64,000 nt of DNA. It comes from Candidatus Peregrinibacteria bacterium. GTDB lineage: Bacteria > Patescibacteriota > Gracilibacteria > UBA1369. Location of the stretch: NCBI GenBank assembly GCA_963708185.1, contig OY970195.1, positions 480,001 to 544,000 of the forward strand, written 5' to 3'. How positions within the stretch are numbered: the first letter of the stretch is position 1; each line of letters begins with the position of its first letter. Both the position numbers and the translations under genes were made by a program. Under the pieces are notes generated by a model, which saw only the letters and a program-made list of their open reading frames with translations, did no database searches and had not been told where the DNA came from. Shown one piece after another: positions 50,190 to 60,548 of this stretch.

Positions 50190-50891
50190 TCACACTCCGA
50201 TCCATCGCAGTGAACGTTTTACGACGACGACCGCGTTTTTCCAGGCGCATTTTCCGTGGGCAATGATCAACTGTCTGGGGTTCCATTTGATTACGCGTTT
50301 GATCGCTGTCCGGGCTTTGTTTTTGTGCAGAAAAGTCGCACGCCATTCGCGGGGCGTGCTGCCGTTATCACCAACCAGCCCGTCGAGTTTCATGATCAGA
50401 GCTGTGATTCCATGCACTTTTTTCGGATCGAATCGCTGGATCAGATCGCAAACCATCAAGGTGCGGCTGGTTTTGTGAAAAAACAAAACCTCATCAAGCA
50501 CGAAACTTCCATGCACAATCACCTGGTCGATTTCTTTGGCCCAGCCCGGATAGGGGTCGTCGCCCAGTTCCAGGTCGAAGTTCAGATCTTTTCTTTTTTT
50601 CTTCAGCCCGGGGGAAGCGACCATGATTGCATCGGGCCATTTGGCTGCCCATTCACCCAAAAAAAGATAGTGCAGCTTGTTGGGAGAAATCAGAAAGGAG
50701 ACTTTTCCCAAAGCTTCGATCTCTCGAATCAATCCGTTCGTTAAAGCGATCGGAGACCATATCCAAAGCTTTTCTCCGCTTAAACGCACCACAACCATTC
50801 TCGTGGGATACGCGAAACCGAAAAAAGAGACCGGTGATCCGTCGGCCATCCAGATTTCGTTCCCGATTTTTTTCAGCGCGTCTTTCGTCAT
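50190..50891 (-). CDS. DUF4336 family (metallo-beta-lactamase-like) protein
   Basis: TRMVVVRL...LWIWSP, SPNKLH, EVLFFH...CDL, IAHG; ATG at 50891. Confidence 0.8.
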   Translation of the reverse strand: MTKDALKKIGNEIWMADGSPVSFFGFAYPTRMVVVRLSGEKLWIWSPIALTNGLIREIEALGKVSFLISPNKLHYLFLGEWAAKWPDAIMVASPGLKKKRKDLNFDLELGDDPYPGWAKEIDQVIVHGSFVLDEVLFFHKTSRTLMVCDLIQRFDPKKVHGITALIMKLDGLVGDNGSTPREWRATFLHKNKARTAIKRVIKWNPRQLIIAHGKCAWKNAVVVVKRSLRWIGV

Positions 50892-51022
50892 GACGCAGGA
50901 ATGCCCGACCCCGTAAATAACGGCAAAAACCCGCATGGTTCAAAGACCGGGTCGGGGCTTTAAAAATAAGGCAAAAAATGGTATAATGATAAGATAAAAA
51001 AATACAAAAACCAAAAAACAAT

Positions 51023-52375
51023 ATGGCCCAAATGAAAACTCCCGGAGACGGGCGGGACGAGGCGACCGGCCTCCACAGTCCGCAAAGTCTCCGTAAAAAC
51101 CAGCAGGATAAGGAGAACACCGCCGAAAGAGCGGAGGTTTCCCGGGAAGAAAAAAAAGATGAATCGCCTCAGGTTCGCAAGCTGAAACGTTTCATCGAGT
51201 TCAGGGAAATCGTAAAAGTTAAAAATTTTCTCGAAGAGCTGAACGGGGAAGTCGGTGCGGTAAGTTCCGAAACCAAAAAAAACATCGGTCCGATCAAGGC
51301 GGAAAAACATCTCTGGTTGCCCCGTGAAATCGATGCCTTTCTCATTCATTGTGTCAGCAAGGGTGATTATGCGGATGCCCTGGATTTTTTCAATAACAAC
51401 GAACAGTACATTCTCGAGCAATGGGTAGACGGTTATCTTAACGCAAAAAGCTATCATCAGGCTGCAGATACTCTTCGTCAATATGCGAAAACAAAACCCC
51501 ACAAGGAAATGAAGGAAAAAGAGATTGAGCTCGAGGAGGACATCGACAAAGAAATTCTCAGCGGCAGAGATACGCTGATCGATATAAAACTGAACGGTTA
51601 CGTTCCCGAACACGACAGGGTGTGGAGCATGATCCATCATGGTTGCTACGCCCAGGCTGCAGAATTGTGTGACCGACTCAATGCTCAAGAGTACAATGGG
51701 GAAACGCTGGAAGAGGCCATCACGAAACGCGGGACACAGAAATCCTCACAAAAAGACACTGTTCCGACGCCGATGCGGGTTGAAGAGACGCCTTCACAAG
51801 TTGAAAACCGTCACGAAGAAGAACTGTTGCGTGCGTTGCCGGAAACCGCTGAAAAGATGAGAGTGGTTTTTGAAAATGTTCCGGAACTTATCTCCCATTA
51901 CCATCACCTGGCAAATATTGATGTAAACGACATGCTTTATCTCGAGGCACTGAAAAGCTCCTTTGAACCTATGATCAACAGGCTTTTCGACGAACAGAAA
52001 GTCGTCATCAAAGAAAAAGGCATGGTGCCCCCGCAGGAGGATCTCCTGGGCATCGTCGATGATCTCGGCTATCTGGGACTCCATCTTTACATCAACAAGC
52101 GCAGCAACGACAATGAACTTCATCTGCTCCCAGAACACGAAGCCGATCCTGATTACTATTCGCAGGTCGATTTGAACGATCTCACCCCAAACGACATCGT
52201 TCTCGATGACCGGAATTTCAACGAAATCGAACCGGTCACGCTGCGGATGGACGAAGAAAAAACGCTTACGGGGAAGGAGCCTACTGTACGCCGCGAGGCC
52301 AAAAAATTCGTCTGGACTTCAAAAGTCGTTACGATGAAACACGAAAAGGCGGAGGAACTCCGCCGGGCGGCGTAA
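51023..52375 (+). CDS. Hypothetical protein (450 aa, acidic, helical)
   Basis: Long ORF with its own TGGTATAAT element (50979-50987); no family recognised. Confidence 0.75.
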   Translation: MAQMKTPGDGRDEATGLHSPQSLRKNQQDKENTAERAEVSREEKKDESPQVRKLKRFIEFREIVKVKNFLEELNGEVGAVSSETKKNIGPIKAEKHLWLPREIDAFLIHCVSKGDYADALDFFNNNEQYILEQWVDGYLNAKSYHQAADTLRQYAKTKPHKEMKEKEIELEEDIDKEILSGRDTLIDIKLNGYVPEHDRVWSMIHHGCYAQAAELCDRLNAQEYNGETLEEAITKRGTQKSSQKDTVPTPMRVEETPSQVENRHEEELLRALPETAEKMRVVFENVPELISHYHHLANIDVNDMLYLEALKSSFEPMINRLFDEQKVVIKEKGMVPPQEDLLGIVDDLGYLGLHLYINKRSNDNELHLLPEHEADPDYYSQVDLNDLTPNDIVLDDRNFNEIEPVTLRMDEEKTLTGKEPTVRREAKKFVWTSKVVTMKHEKAEELRRAA

Positions 52376-52378
52376 GAT

Positions 52379-52729
52379 TCAAACGTTGTCGATACTGCCC
52401 ATCAGTGTTCTGATTTTATGGCTGATCTCATCCGAAAAGATCTGGATGGCCTTTTTGGCGACGAGCGTATAAAACTTTTCCGGGGACATCATGAAGTCGC
52501 CGTCGAGCCGGTGGGTGAGAATAAAATTTCCGCTTTCCGCATCGAAACGGATGGCAAGGATATCCTTGTCCGGCTGCTCTTTCCAGTAATCGTTCAGTCT
52601 TTGTGCGTCACCCTTACAGCGTTCTTCGCTGAAAATGATTCTTTTCAGGGCGTCGCCGACTTTGGGAAGGTCAGAACGGTGGTTACGAATATAATGAAGT
52701 GCACCATCTTTACTGTCAGCTGGGGGCAT
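52379..52729 (-). CDS. Hypothetical protein
   Basis: 116-aa ORF filling the gap, convergent with 51023..52375. Confidence 0.55.
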   Translation of the reverse strand: MPPADSKDGALHYIRNHRSDLPKVGDALKRIIFSEERCKGDAQRLNDYWKEQPDKDILAIRFDAESGNFILTHRLDGDFMMSPEKFYTLVAKKAIQIFSDEISHKIRTLMGSIDNV

Positions 52730-52906
52730 ATTCCTTGGTTAAGGCATCGTATATTACGATGATTTTTTTATTTTGTCAACTTTTTCTTGTTTTTGTGCGA
52801 ATTCAAAGGGCCACTGCGTTGTGCTTCCATTGATTTTCAGGCCTTTTGACCGTACAATCCATGATGCAGTCTGTTTTTCCAGACCTCCCTTTCTTTGTTT
52901 TGTCTT

Positions 52907-54679
52907 ATGTTACGCACCAATACCTGTAATGAATTGAAAGCTTCCGACGTGGGAAAAGAGGTGACATTATGCGGATGGGTTCATCACCGCCGCGATCACG
53001 GCGGGCTGATTTTTATCGATCTCCGCGACCGTTACGGCCTGACCCAGATCGTGACCGACCCCAATGATTTCCCCGATGCCCATAAGAAGGCTGACGACGT
53101 TCGCAGTGAGTTCGTGGTGCGCGTCACCGGAAAAGTGCGAAAGCGCCCGGAAGGCATGACCAACCCCAAAATGGTTACCGGAGAGATCGAAGTGCTCATC
53201 AGCAATTTTGAGGTTCTGAACAAAGCAAAGACCCCGCCTTTCGAGATCGACCAGGATAAAGAGATCAACGAGGAACTTCGCCTGAAATATCGCTATCTGG
53301 ACATACGCCGCGAACGCATGAAAGGGAACATCATCAAACGCCACCAGGTCATTAAAATGATCCGCGACTTCATGGACAGCAAGAATTTTATTGAGGTGGA
53401 AACACCGATTTTGATCAAAGGGACGCCTGAAGGGAGCCGCGAATACCTCGTTCCTTCACGCCTGTACCCGGGAAAGTTTTTTGTCCTCCCGCAGTCGCCG
53501 CAACAGTTGAAACAGTTGCTGATGGTGGCCGGCATGGACCGCTACTTCCAGATTGCCCGCTGCTTCCGCGATGAAGACCAGCGCGGCGACCGCCAGCCCG
53601 AATTTACGCAGCTCGATGTCGAGATGTCCTTTGTGGAAGCGGAAGACGTGATGCAGAACAGCGAGGAACTGATGATCCAGATCGTCGAAAAACTCGCCTC
53701 CAATAAAAAACTTATGAAGAAGCCTTTTCCACGCATGACCTGGCAGGAAGCCATGGACAACTACGGATCGGACAAACCGGATCTCCGTTTCGAGATGAAA
53801 ATCGTGGATGTCAGCGAAGAGGTCAAAAACTGTGAATTCCAGGTGTTCTCTTCGGCTATCAAGAACGGCGGAGTGGTCCGGGCTTTGCGCGTGGAAGGCG
53901 GCAATAAGTTCACCCGCAAGGAGATCGATGACATGACTGAAATCGCGAAAATTTACGGAGCCAAAGGTCTTGCCTACATCCAAATGGCTGAAGAAGGATC
54001 GAAATCCCCCTTTCTCAAATTCATGAAAGAGGATGAATTGAAGGCGATTTATGAAAAAACCGGAGCGAAAACCGGAGACATCATTTTCTTCGGAGCCGAC
54101 GAGTTTTTGACGGTGTGCGAGGCGTTGGGCCACGTACGTCTGGCCTGCGGAGACAAATTCGGACTGCGCGATAAAGACACTTTCGCGTTCGTATGGATTT
54201 ACGAGTTCCCGCTTTTTGAGTGGAGCAAGGAAGAACAGCGCCTGAATTCGGCACATCATCCGTTTACCAGCCCAATGAACGAAGATTTCGATCTTCTCAC
54301 AACACATCCGGAAAAAGTCAGAGCCAAAGCTTATGATCTTGCTTTGAACGGCGTCGAAGTCGGAGGAGGAAGCATTCGTATCCACGATCCTGAACTGCAG
54401 AGCAAGATTTTCGACATTCTCAAAATCACCAAAGAGGACGCCCAGCGGAGGTTCGGTCATTTACTCCATGCTTTCGAATTCGGCGCTCCACCGCACGGAG
54501 GAATCGCCTGGGGACTCGACCGTCTGGTGATGATTTTTCAGGATGAACAGAACATTCGCGAGGTGATGGCATTCCCAAAAGATCAAAAAGCCAAAGACCT
54601 CATGCTCAACGCGCCGTCAGAAATGCCCGATGAACAGGTGGCCGAGATGCACATCCGGATCAATGTCCCGAAAAAATAA
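52907..54679 (+). CDS. aspS: Aspartate--tRNA ligase
   Basis: RRDHGGLIFIDLRD, LPQSPQ, CFRDED, HHPFT, GGGSIR, PPHGG; ATG at 52907. Confidence 0.98.
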   Translation: MLRTNTCNELKASDVGKEVTLCGWVHHRRDHGGLIFIDLRDRYGLTQIVTDPNDFPDAHKKADDVRSEFVVRVTGKVRKRPEGMTNPKMVTGEIEVLISNFEVLNKAKTPPFEIDQDKEINEELRLKYRYLDIRRERMKGNIIKRHQVIKMIRDFMDSKNFIEVETPILIKGTPEGSREYLVPSRLYPGKFFVLPQSPQQLKQLLMVAGMDRYFQIARCFRDEDQRGDRQPEFTQLDVEMSFVEAEDVMQNSEELMIQIVEKLASNKKLMKKPFPRMTWQEAMDNYGSDKPDLRFEMKIVDVSEEVKNCEFQVFSSAIKNGGVVRALRVEGGNKFTRKEIDDMTEIAKIYGAKGLAYIQMAEEGSKSPFLKFMKEDELKAIYEKTGAKTGDIIFFGADEFLTVCEALGHVRLACGDKFGLRDKDTFAFVWIYEFPLFEWSKEEQRLNSAHHPFTSPMNEDFDLLTTHPEKVRAKAYDLALNGVEVGGGSIRIHDPELQSKIFDILKITKEDAQRRFGHLLHAFEFGAPPHGGIAWGLDRLVMIFQDEQNIREVMAFPKDQKAKDLMLNAPSEMPDEQVAEMHIRINVPKK

Positions 54680-54837
54680 AGCCGACGGTGGTCCTTTTGA
54701 ATTTTTTTCAAAAAAAAGTATCCGGCTTCAGAAAGGGAAATACTTGATTTTTCGCTGTAAATTCAGGAAAAAAGTTTTTGAATTTTTTTTATAAGGTGCT
54801 AGTTTACTTGGGTCTTATTTCTTAACCCCATATTATT

Positions 54838-55047
54838 ATGATGATGGGAGATGACAACGGAGCAGGTACACCAGCTCCAGCAACACCGAGTCCGACACCA
54901 GCTCCGGCTCCGAATCCAACCCCGGCTGCTCCCGCAGCTCCGGCTATGCCAACTCCGGCACCAGCGGCTCCAAGCGCTCCGGCTGCTCCTGCAGCTCCGG
55001 CCGCTCCTGAAGCTCCAGCCGGCGGAAGTTCGACCCCGGCAGCGTAA
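54838..55047 (+). CDS. Small Pro/Ala-rich low-complexity protein
   Basis: GC-rich repetitive ORF in AT-rich intergenic DNA, followed by a terminator. Confidence 0.55.
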   Translation: MMMGDDNGAGTPAPATPSPTPAPAPNPTPAAPAAPAMPTPAPAAPSAPAAPAAPAAPEAPAGGSSTPAA

Positions 55048-55067
55048 TTATCTCGGTTGTACACATG

Positions 55068-55094
55068 AAAGCCCCGGTTGTCCGGGGCTTTTTT
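55068..55094 (+). terminator. Rho-independent terminator
   Basis: AAAGCCCCGG-TTGT-CCGGGGCTTT followed by TTT. Confidence 0.85.
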
Positions 55095-55212
55095 CGTGCA
55101 TTCTTTGATTCGGGAGCATTCCCATTTGAGGGTTTTTGCTGTATAATTTTGATGGTACGCTCAGCGCAAGCTGCGCTTGCCGCCTTGCGCTCGCAGAATC
55201 AAATAATCGCTT

Positions 55213-57693
55213 ATGGAAGACTTTTTTACGACATTATTGCTCGCCGGGGGAACCGTGGTCGTGCTTTGGGCCGGGCTGAAGTTCACAAAATGGTATGTCC
55301 ATCACCACAGTGATCTGGAGCGTTCACTGAACATGGTCTTTTTGAGGATCCAGGTTCCAAAGAAGGAGTCCAAGGAGGACGTTGAACGTGAACAGCAAAG
55401 TATGGCCACAGGAGCAGATTTCAAACATGCTCTCGGCATCGCCAGCCACATGTTTGACTCACTGCACAGTATTTACGCCAAAAGCATCAAACATTATTTT
55501 ACCGGTCAGGATTTCATTTCTTTGGAATATGCCGTTCTTGACGGGGAGATCAATTTTTACGTCGTGGTGCCGCGAGAACTTACCAGCCTGATTGAAAAAC
55601 AGATCACGGGGTTCTATCCGGACTGCTATGTTGAAAAGGTCCAAGACTACAACATTTTCAAACCCGATTCGGAATATGCCGGGAACTACATGCATCTTTC
55701 GAAACCTTATTGGTTTCCGATCAAGAATTACAACCATTTGAATTCGGACCCGATGAACAATCTCACCAACGCACTTTCCAAGTTGAGTCCGGAAGACGGT
55801 GCTTCGATCCAGATCATGATCAAACCGAAAAAGGACGGATGGCAGGAGCATGGACGCCATGAGGCCAAGGAAATTTTCAACCAGAAAAAAGGAAAAGGAC
55901 ATTCTTCTCTCAATCCCCTGGCCTGGTTATCGGCACTCTTCGATTTCTTCGTCAAAGGTGAAATCAGTGAGAACAAAGAACACGGATCAAGCGAACGGAC
56001 GACTCCCCTGACCGATGAAGAAGTGAAAGCTCTTGAAGAGAAAAACTCGAAGGTCGGATACGAAACCGTCATCCGCATCGTGACGGCGTCACCGTCTTAC
56101 CGCGAAGCGAAGGCCAATCTGCAAAACATCAAGAGCGCTTTTGCCCAGTATAAATCTCCGGCCGCCAACGGCTTCGGCGACACCAAACATACCTCGGACA
56201 AAGCGCTTGTCAAACACTACATTTACCGACATTTCAAACGGCCGTGGACGCAGATCCTGAAGCGTCGGAAGATGGTGTTGTCTTCCGACGAGCTGGCTTC
56301 TCTCTTCCATTTACCGAACATCCGCTACAACAAAACACCGAATATCGCCTGGCAAAACTACAAAGTGTCGCCTGCTCCGCACAATATTCCCAAAGAGGGC
56401 ATTCTGCTCGGGCATAACACCTATCGCGGTGAAACCAAGGAGATCCGCATGAAGAACGAAGACCGTTTCCGCCACTTTTACGTCATCGGGCAGACGGGTA
56501 CCGGTAAATCTTCGATTTTCCAGGTGATGATCCGTCAGGATCTGCAGATGGGACACGGCCTGGCCGTGGTCGATCCGCACGGTTCTCTCATCGACGACAT
56601 TCTTCCCTACATTCCCCGCAACCGAGCCGATGACGTCATCTATTTCAATCCGGCGGACCTGGAGAGACCTCTTGGTTTGAACATGCTGGAAGGTGACAGT
56701 TGGGAGGAAAAGGAACTTGTGGCGCTGGACGCGATGAACATCATGATCAAACTGTTCAATGAAGAGATCTTCGGACCTCGCATCCAGGACTATTTCCGCA
56801 ACGGCTGTCTTACCCTGATGTCAGATCCCGAAGGCGGTTCCCTGACGGACATTGTCCGTTTGTTCACCGACGACGATTTCCAGCGGCTCAAAGTCCAGCA
56901 TGTAACGAATCCGATCGTCAGGTCGTTCTGGGAAAACCAGATGGCCAAGACGGGAGCCCGTGAAAAACAGGAGATGATCCCCTACTTTGCCGCCAAATTC
57001 GGTCAGTTCGTGACGAACACGATGATGCGAAACATCATCGGACAGACCAAATCCGCGTTTGATTTCATGAAAGTCATGCAGGAAGGAAAAATTCTTCTCA
57101 TGAATCTTTCCAAAGGTGAAGTCGGTGAAATCAACTCCAAACTGCTCGGTTTGATCATTGTTTCTAAAATCCAGATGGCAGCATTGCGAAGACAGCGCGT
57201 CCCCAAGGAAGAACGCCGTGATTTTTATCTCTACATTGATGAATTCCAGAACTACATCACGGACAGCATCGAATCAATCCTGTCCGAAGCACGTAAGTAC
57301 CGTTTGAGCCTGAACATGGCCCACCAGTACATCAATCAGCTCGTCGGCCCGAACAACAATACCAAGGTCAAAGACGCCGTGTTCGGAAACGTAGGAACCA
57401 TGATGTGCTACAAGATCGGCGCACAGGATGCCGAATATATGGCGAAGGAAATGGCTCCGGTCTTCAGTGATCAGGACCTTATCAACCTTGATAAGTACAA
57501 GGCCGTGATGAAACTTTCCATCGATACTCAGCCTAGCAGACCATTTAGTATTACGCCTGTCAACCCTTACCTGGAAAAAGGCGACGAGGAAGCGTCGGAA
57601 GCTTTCAAACAACTTTCACGTCTGAAATACGGGAGAGACCGTGAGTTCGTTGAACACGAAATCATCAGGAGAATTGGAGCTATGGCCTTATAG
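55213..57693 (+). CDS. VirB4/VirD4(TraG)/HerA-like ATPase, second paralog
   Basis: N-terminal TM, HFYVIGQTGTGKS, VVDPHG, LYIDEFQNY, SEARKY; colinear with 29835..32396. Confidence 0.85.
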   Translation: MEDFFTTLLLAGGTVVVLWAGLKFTKWYVHHHSDLERSLNMVFLRIQVPKKESKEDVEREQQSMATGADFKHALGIASHMFDSLHSIYAKSIKHYFTGQDFISLEYAVLDGEINFYVVVPRELTSLIEKQITGFYPDCYVEKVQDYNIFKPDSEYAGNYMHLSKPYWFPIKNYNHLNSDPMNNLTNALSKLSPEDGASIQIMIKPKKDGWQEHGRHEAKEIFNQKKGKGHSSLNPLAWLSALFDFFVKGEISENKEHGSSERTTPLTDEEVKALEEKNSKVGYETVIRIVTASPSYREAKANLQNIKSAFAQYKSPAANGFGDTKHTSDKALVKHYIYRHFKRPWTQILKRRKMVLSSDELASLFHLPNIRYNKTPNIAWQNYKVSPAPHNIPKEGILLGHNTYRGETKEIRMKNEDRFRHFYVIGQTGTGKSSIFQVMIRQDLQMGHGLAVVDPHGSLIDDILPYIPRNRADDVIYFNPADLERPLGLNMLEGDSWEEKELVALDAMNIMIKLFNEEIFGPRIQDYFRNGCLTLMSDPEGGSLTDIVRLFTDDDFQRLKVQHVTNPIVRSFWENQMAKTGAREKQEMIPYFAAKFGQFVTNTMMRNIIGQTKSAFDFMKVMQEGKILLMNLSKGEVGEINSKLLGLIIVSKIQMAALRRQRVPKEERRDFYLYIDEFQNYITDSIESILSEARKYRLSLNMAHQYINQLVGPNNNTKVKDAVFGNVGTMMCYKIGAQDAEYMAKEMAPVFSDQDLINLDKYKAVMKLSIDTQPSRPFSITPVNPYLEKGDEEASEAFKQLSRLKYGRDREFVEHEIIRRIGAMAL

Positions 57694-57890
57694 TCCTCTT
57701 CTTACTTCCTGAAAGAAGTTGTCATCTTTTCCTAAAAAGTGACTATTTTGTCATGGAAAATTTAAAAAACATTCTTGTTATCTGCCAATACCATTCGGCT
57801 TTTGCGGCTTTCTGTTCATGATATAATTTCCTGATCGCCCAAAATTCCGGCGGTCAAAAAAAACCAAAACAAACCCCAAACCAAAACAAT

Positions 57891-59402
57891 ATGAAAAAAC
57901 AAAACTTTTTACACGTTTTCATGTATACGGGCGTGGCCGCCGTGATACTTCCCTGCAGTGTCACTCTTGCAGCCGTCTCCGAAACGCAGCAAGTCGTCGA
58001 TACCCAGCAGGTTGCTCCAGCCGTGAGTGCTCCTCAAGCCACCGATCCATCTCAAGACGGCCAGCAGGGCGGCGATGCCATTCAGACGTTTCCGAACCAG
58101 CAGACCTTTGTTATTTCAGCGTACTACTCACCGATTGAAGGACAAAAAAAATATGTGACAGGTTCCTACAATGGAGACATCAGGTTGAACGGAAGCGGAG
58201 TCCATTCTGCGGACGGTTCCACGGTATATCCCGGCATGGTCGCCGCTCCAAAGAACTATCCTTTCGGTACCAAAATGAAGATTCCAGGGATCGGCATCGT
58301 GGCTGTTCATGACCGCGGCGGCGCCATCGTCAACGCAGGCCAGCGCAATCAGGCTCACGACCGTCTGGACGTCTGGATGGGCTACGGTGATGCCGGTTTG
58401 CAGCGCGCGCTCCAGTGGGGACGCCGCACGGTTGACGTGACGGTATACGGCGTTGATCCGAGCCTCCAGGAAAATGTTTATCTGGAAGGTTATTCCGAAG
58501 CTGAAAAAATTGCCCAGACCGCAACGGGTGAAGACCCCAAGACCTTTGTCCAGGATCTTACCCTCAACGACAACAACGATTCGGTCAAAAAACTCCAGAC
58601 CGGCCTTCAGCAGCTCGGTTACTACAGCGGTGATGCGACCGGTGATTACAACGACGCGACCCGGGGAGCCGTGGTGAAATTCCAGATCGCCGTCGGGATC
58701 GTCGACAGCGAAACCGATTTCGGAGCAGGATACTTCGGTCCGCAAACACGCAAAAGCCTTGAAGACGCTCTGAACACAAGCAATCTGGAGGTCCAACACC
58801 ATCTTCCTCAAACGCCATTGAGCAAGGATGACCAGGGTGACGATGTCCGCAAGCTTCAGGAAGCCCTGCAGAAGCTCGGCTACAATGTGGAGGTGACCGG
58901 TATTTACGACAGCCAGACCATTGACGCGATCTTCAAGTTCCAGAAAGACCATAACGTCGTTTCCGCCGAAACAGATTTCGGGGCCGGAGTGTTCGGTCCG
59001 AAAACAATGCAGGTCCTTGCGAGCAACCTGGCGGGGGTGACCTTCGATACGGCCAACGCACAGGAAACGGACGTCCAACCGGTGGTCGTCTTTACCAAAG
59101 ATCTCAAGCTGGGCGACAAAGGTGACGATGTGACGAGACTCCAGCTGGAACTCCAGCGCATGCATTACCTCGGCATCGACCCGACGGGTTACTATGGTGA
59201 CGTGACGCAGCATGCCGTGATGAAATTCCAGGAAGCTCAGGGAATCATCGGCTCCGAAAATGAAAGCGGCGCCGGATACTTCGGGCAGAACACCCGCGCC
59301 AGCATCCATGCCATCATCGGCCAGCGCGAACATGTAAGCAGTCTCATGGCCAGCAAAAATCCTCCGTCAAAACCAGAGGATATGATCATCGCGGCGAAGT
59401 AG
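57891..59402 (+). CDS. Secreted 3D-domain protein with three peptidoglycan-binding repeats
   Basis: Signal peptide, ISAYY...PFGTK...HDRGGAI...RLDVW...ALQWGRR; three VxxLQxxL...TGxY...AVxxFQ...GAGxFGxxT units. Confidence 0.8.
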   Translation: MKKQNFLHVFMYTGVAAVILPCSVTLAAVSETQQVVDTQQVAPAVSAPQATDPSQDGQQGGDAIQTFPNQQTFVISAYYSPIEGQKKYVTGSYNGDIRLNGSGVHSADGSTVYPGMVAAPKNYPFGTKMKIPGIGIVAVHDRGGAIVNAGQRNQAHDRLDVWMGYGDAGLQRALQWGRRTVDVTVYGVDPSLQENVYLEGYSEAEKIAQTATGEDPKTFVQDLTLNDNNDSVKKLQTGLQQLGYYSGDATGDYNDATRGAVVKFQIAVGIVDSETDFGAGYFGPQTRKSLEDALNTSNLEVQHHLPQTPLSKDDQGDDVRKLQEALQKLGYNVEVTGIYDSQTIDAIFKFQKDHNVVSAETDFGAGVFGPKTMQVLASNLAGVTFDTANAQETDVQPVVVFTKDLKLGDKGDDVTRLQLELQRMHYLGIDPTGYYGDVTQHAVMKFQEAQGIIGSENESGAGYFGQNTRASIHAIIGQREHVSSLMASKNPPSKPEDMIIAAK

Positions 59403-59405
59403 CGT

Positions 59406-60041
59406 CTACTTTTCCAGGAAAGGTTCAACTGCCTCTTCCGTAACGTTACGCGGATCCAATCCGGCTTTGGCGCAGATTTGCTCTTCCAGTCTGTGGACGG
59501 CTTTTCCCACGAGATGGTCGTTTGGGGGAAGATCGCCGTCCGGGAAATACCGTTTTCTCCCGTCGACCAGTCTTTGGGCAATGCTCACGATACGGTCGTG
59601 AAGCACACGCTTGTCGGCATAATAGAGAAGTTTTTCCTCCCAGGTTTCCGGCTTGTCGACGGGATCGATGATGCCATCAAAGCGGTGTTTGCGTACAATG
59701 GTGGCAATTTTTGTTTCACCGATGTCTTTGAGCATGTTGTAGGCGGCCTGAACATGGCCGATGTGATTGCAGGATTTCATGAGAGCGGTCCAGAATTGGA
59801 TATCTTCGGCCGTGACGTTCTGTTCAAAATGTTCGATATCGAGTCGCTTGAAATCGCAGAGCTTCAGCACGTCGTGGAGCAGTGCGGCCTGGCGAAGCAC
59901 AACCAGATCGATTTTTTCTCCTGCCTGGATGAGGAGTTGTCCAATGAAAAGGCCCACGGCAGAAACCTTTTTCATGTGGTTCTGGACATGCACCGGGACA
60001 TGGTACTGCGCCGTCAGTTTTTGGAGAAGTTCTTCAGTCAT
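59406..60041 (-). CDS. HD-domain phosphohydrolase
   Basis: H...LLHD...H...H...YADKR; overlaps the end of tsaE. Confidence 0.85.
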   Translation of the reverse strand: MTEELLQKLTAQYHVPVHVQNHMKKVSAVGLFIGQLLIQAGEKIDLVVLRQAALLHDVLKLCDFKRLDIEHFEQNVTAEDIQFWTALMKSCNHIGHVQAAYNMLKDIGETKIATIVRKHRFDGIIDPVDKPETWEEKLLYYADKRVLHDRIVSIAQRLVDGRKRYFPDGDLPPNDHLVGKAVHRLEEQICAKAGLDPRNVTEEAVEPFLEK

Positions 60042-60459
60042 GTTCGAAGGTTATGATACGGGTGGATGGATCTTGATATTCCAGTGTGATATTTGTGCAG
60101 TTTTTGGGGAGCAGTTCCTTGACTCTCTCCGGCCATTCGATGAGGACGATGGCGTTTTTTTGCTGGAAAATCTCTTCAAGGTCGGCGGCAAGAAGGTCGT
60201 CGGGTTCGTTGATGCGGTAAAAATCGCAATGATACAAAACCTTCCGTCCTTTCTTGTACTTTCTCATAAGGGTAAAGGTCGGACTTTTGATCTGTTTTGC
60301 GGCGATGCCGAGGCCTTCGGCAAAACCTTTGCAAAATACCGTTTTCCCGCTTCCAAGGTCTCCACTCAGGCAAAAACACTGTGGCGCGCGGCTTTTGCGG
60401 GCAAGTTTCGAGGCTAAGGACCTGGTCAGCTTTTCCGATGTTGATATGACGATTTTCAT
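60034..60459 (-). CDS. tsaE: tRNA threonylcarbamoyladenosine biosynthesis ATPase
   Basis: GDLGSGKT, SPTF, HCDFYR, IEWP. Confidence 0.95.
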   Translation of the reverse strand: MKIVISTSEKLTRSLASKLARKSRAPQCFCLSGDLGSGKTVFCKGFAEGLGIAAKQIKSPTFTLMRKYKKGRKVLYHCDFYRINEPDDLLAADLEEIFQQKNAIVLIEWPERVKELLPKNCTNITLEYQDPSTRIITFEHD

Positions 60460-60548
60460 AGTTGTCTTGTTGGCTTTTTTTTGCTATAATTTAAAGATTT
60501 CATGGAAAAGAAAAACCTCTCTAAGCATAACATATAAAAACAAAAATT

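Noticed and set aside
54860-55020. Short tandem repeats resembling a CRISPR array or VNTR
   Set aside because: Degenerate codon-level Pro/Ala repeats; no constant repeat with unique spacers and no cas genes.
47500-59333. Long minus-strand ORFs 47500..48579, 53456..54460 and 58128..59333
   Set aside because: Antisense to dnaE, aspS and the 3D protein; expected from codon bias.
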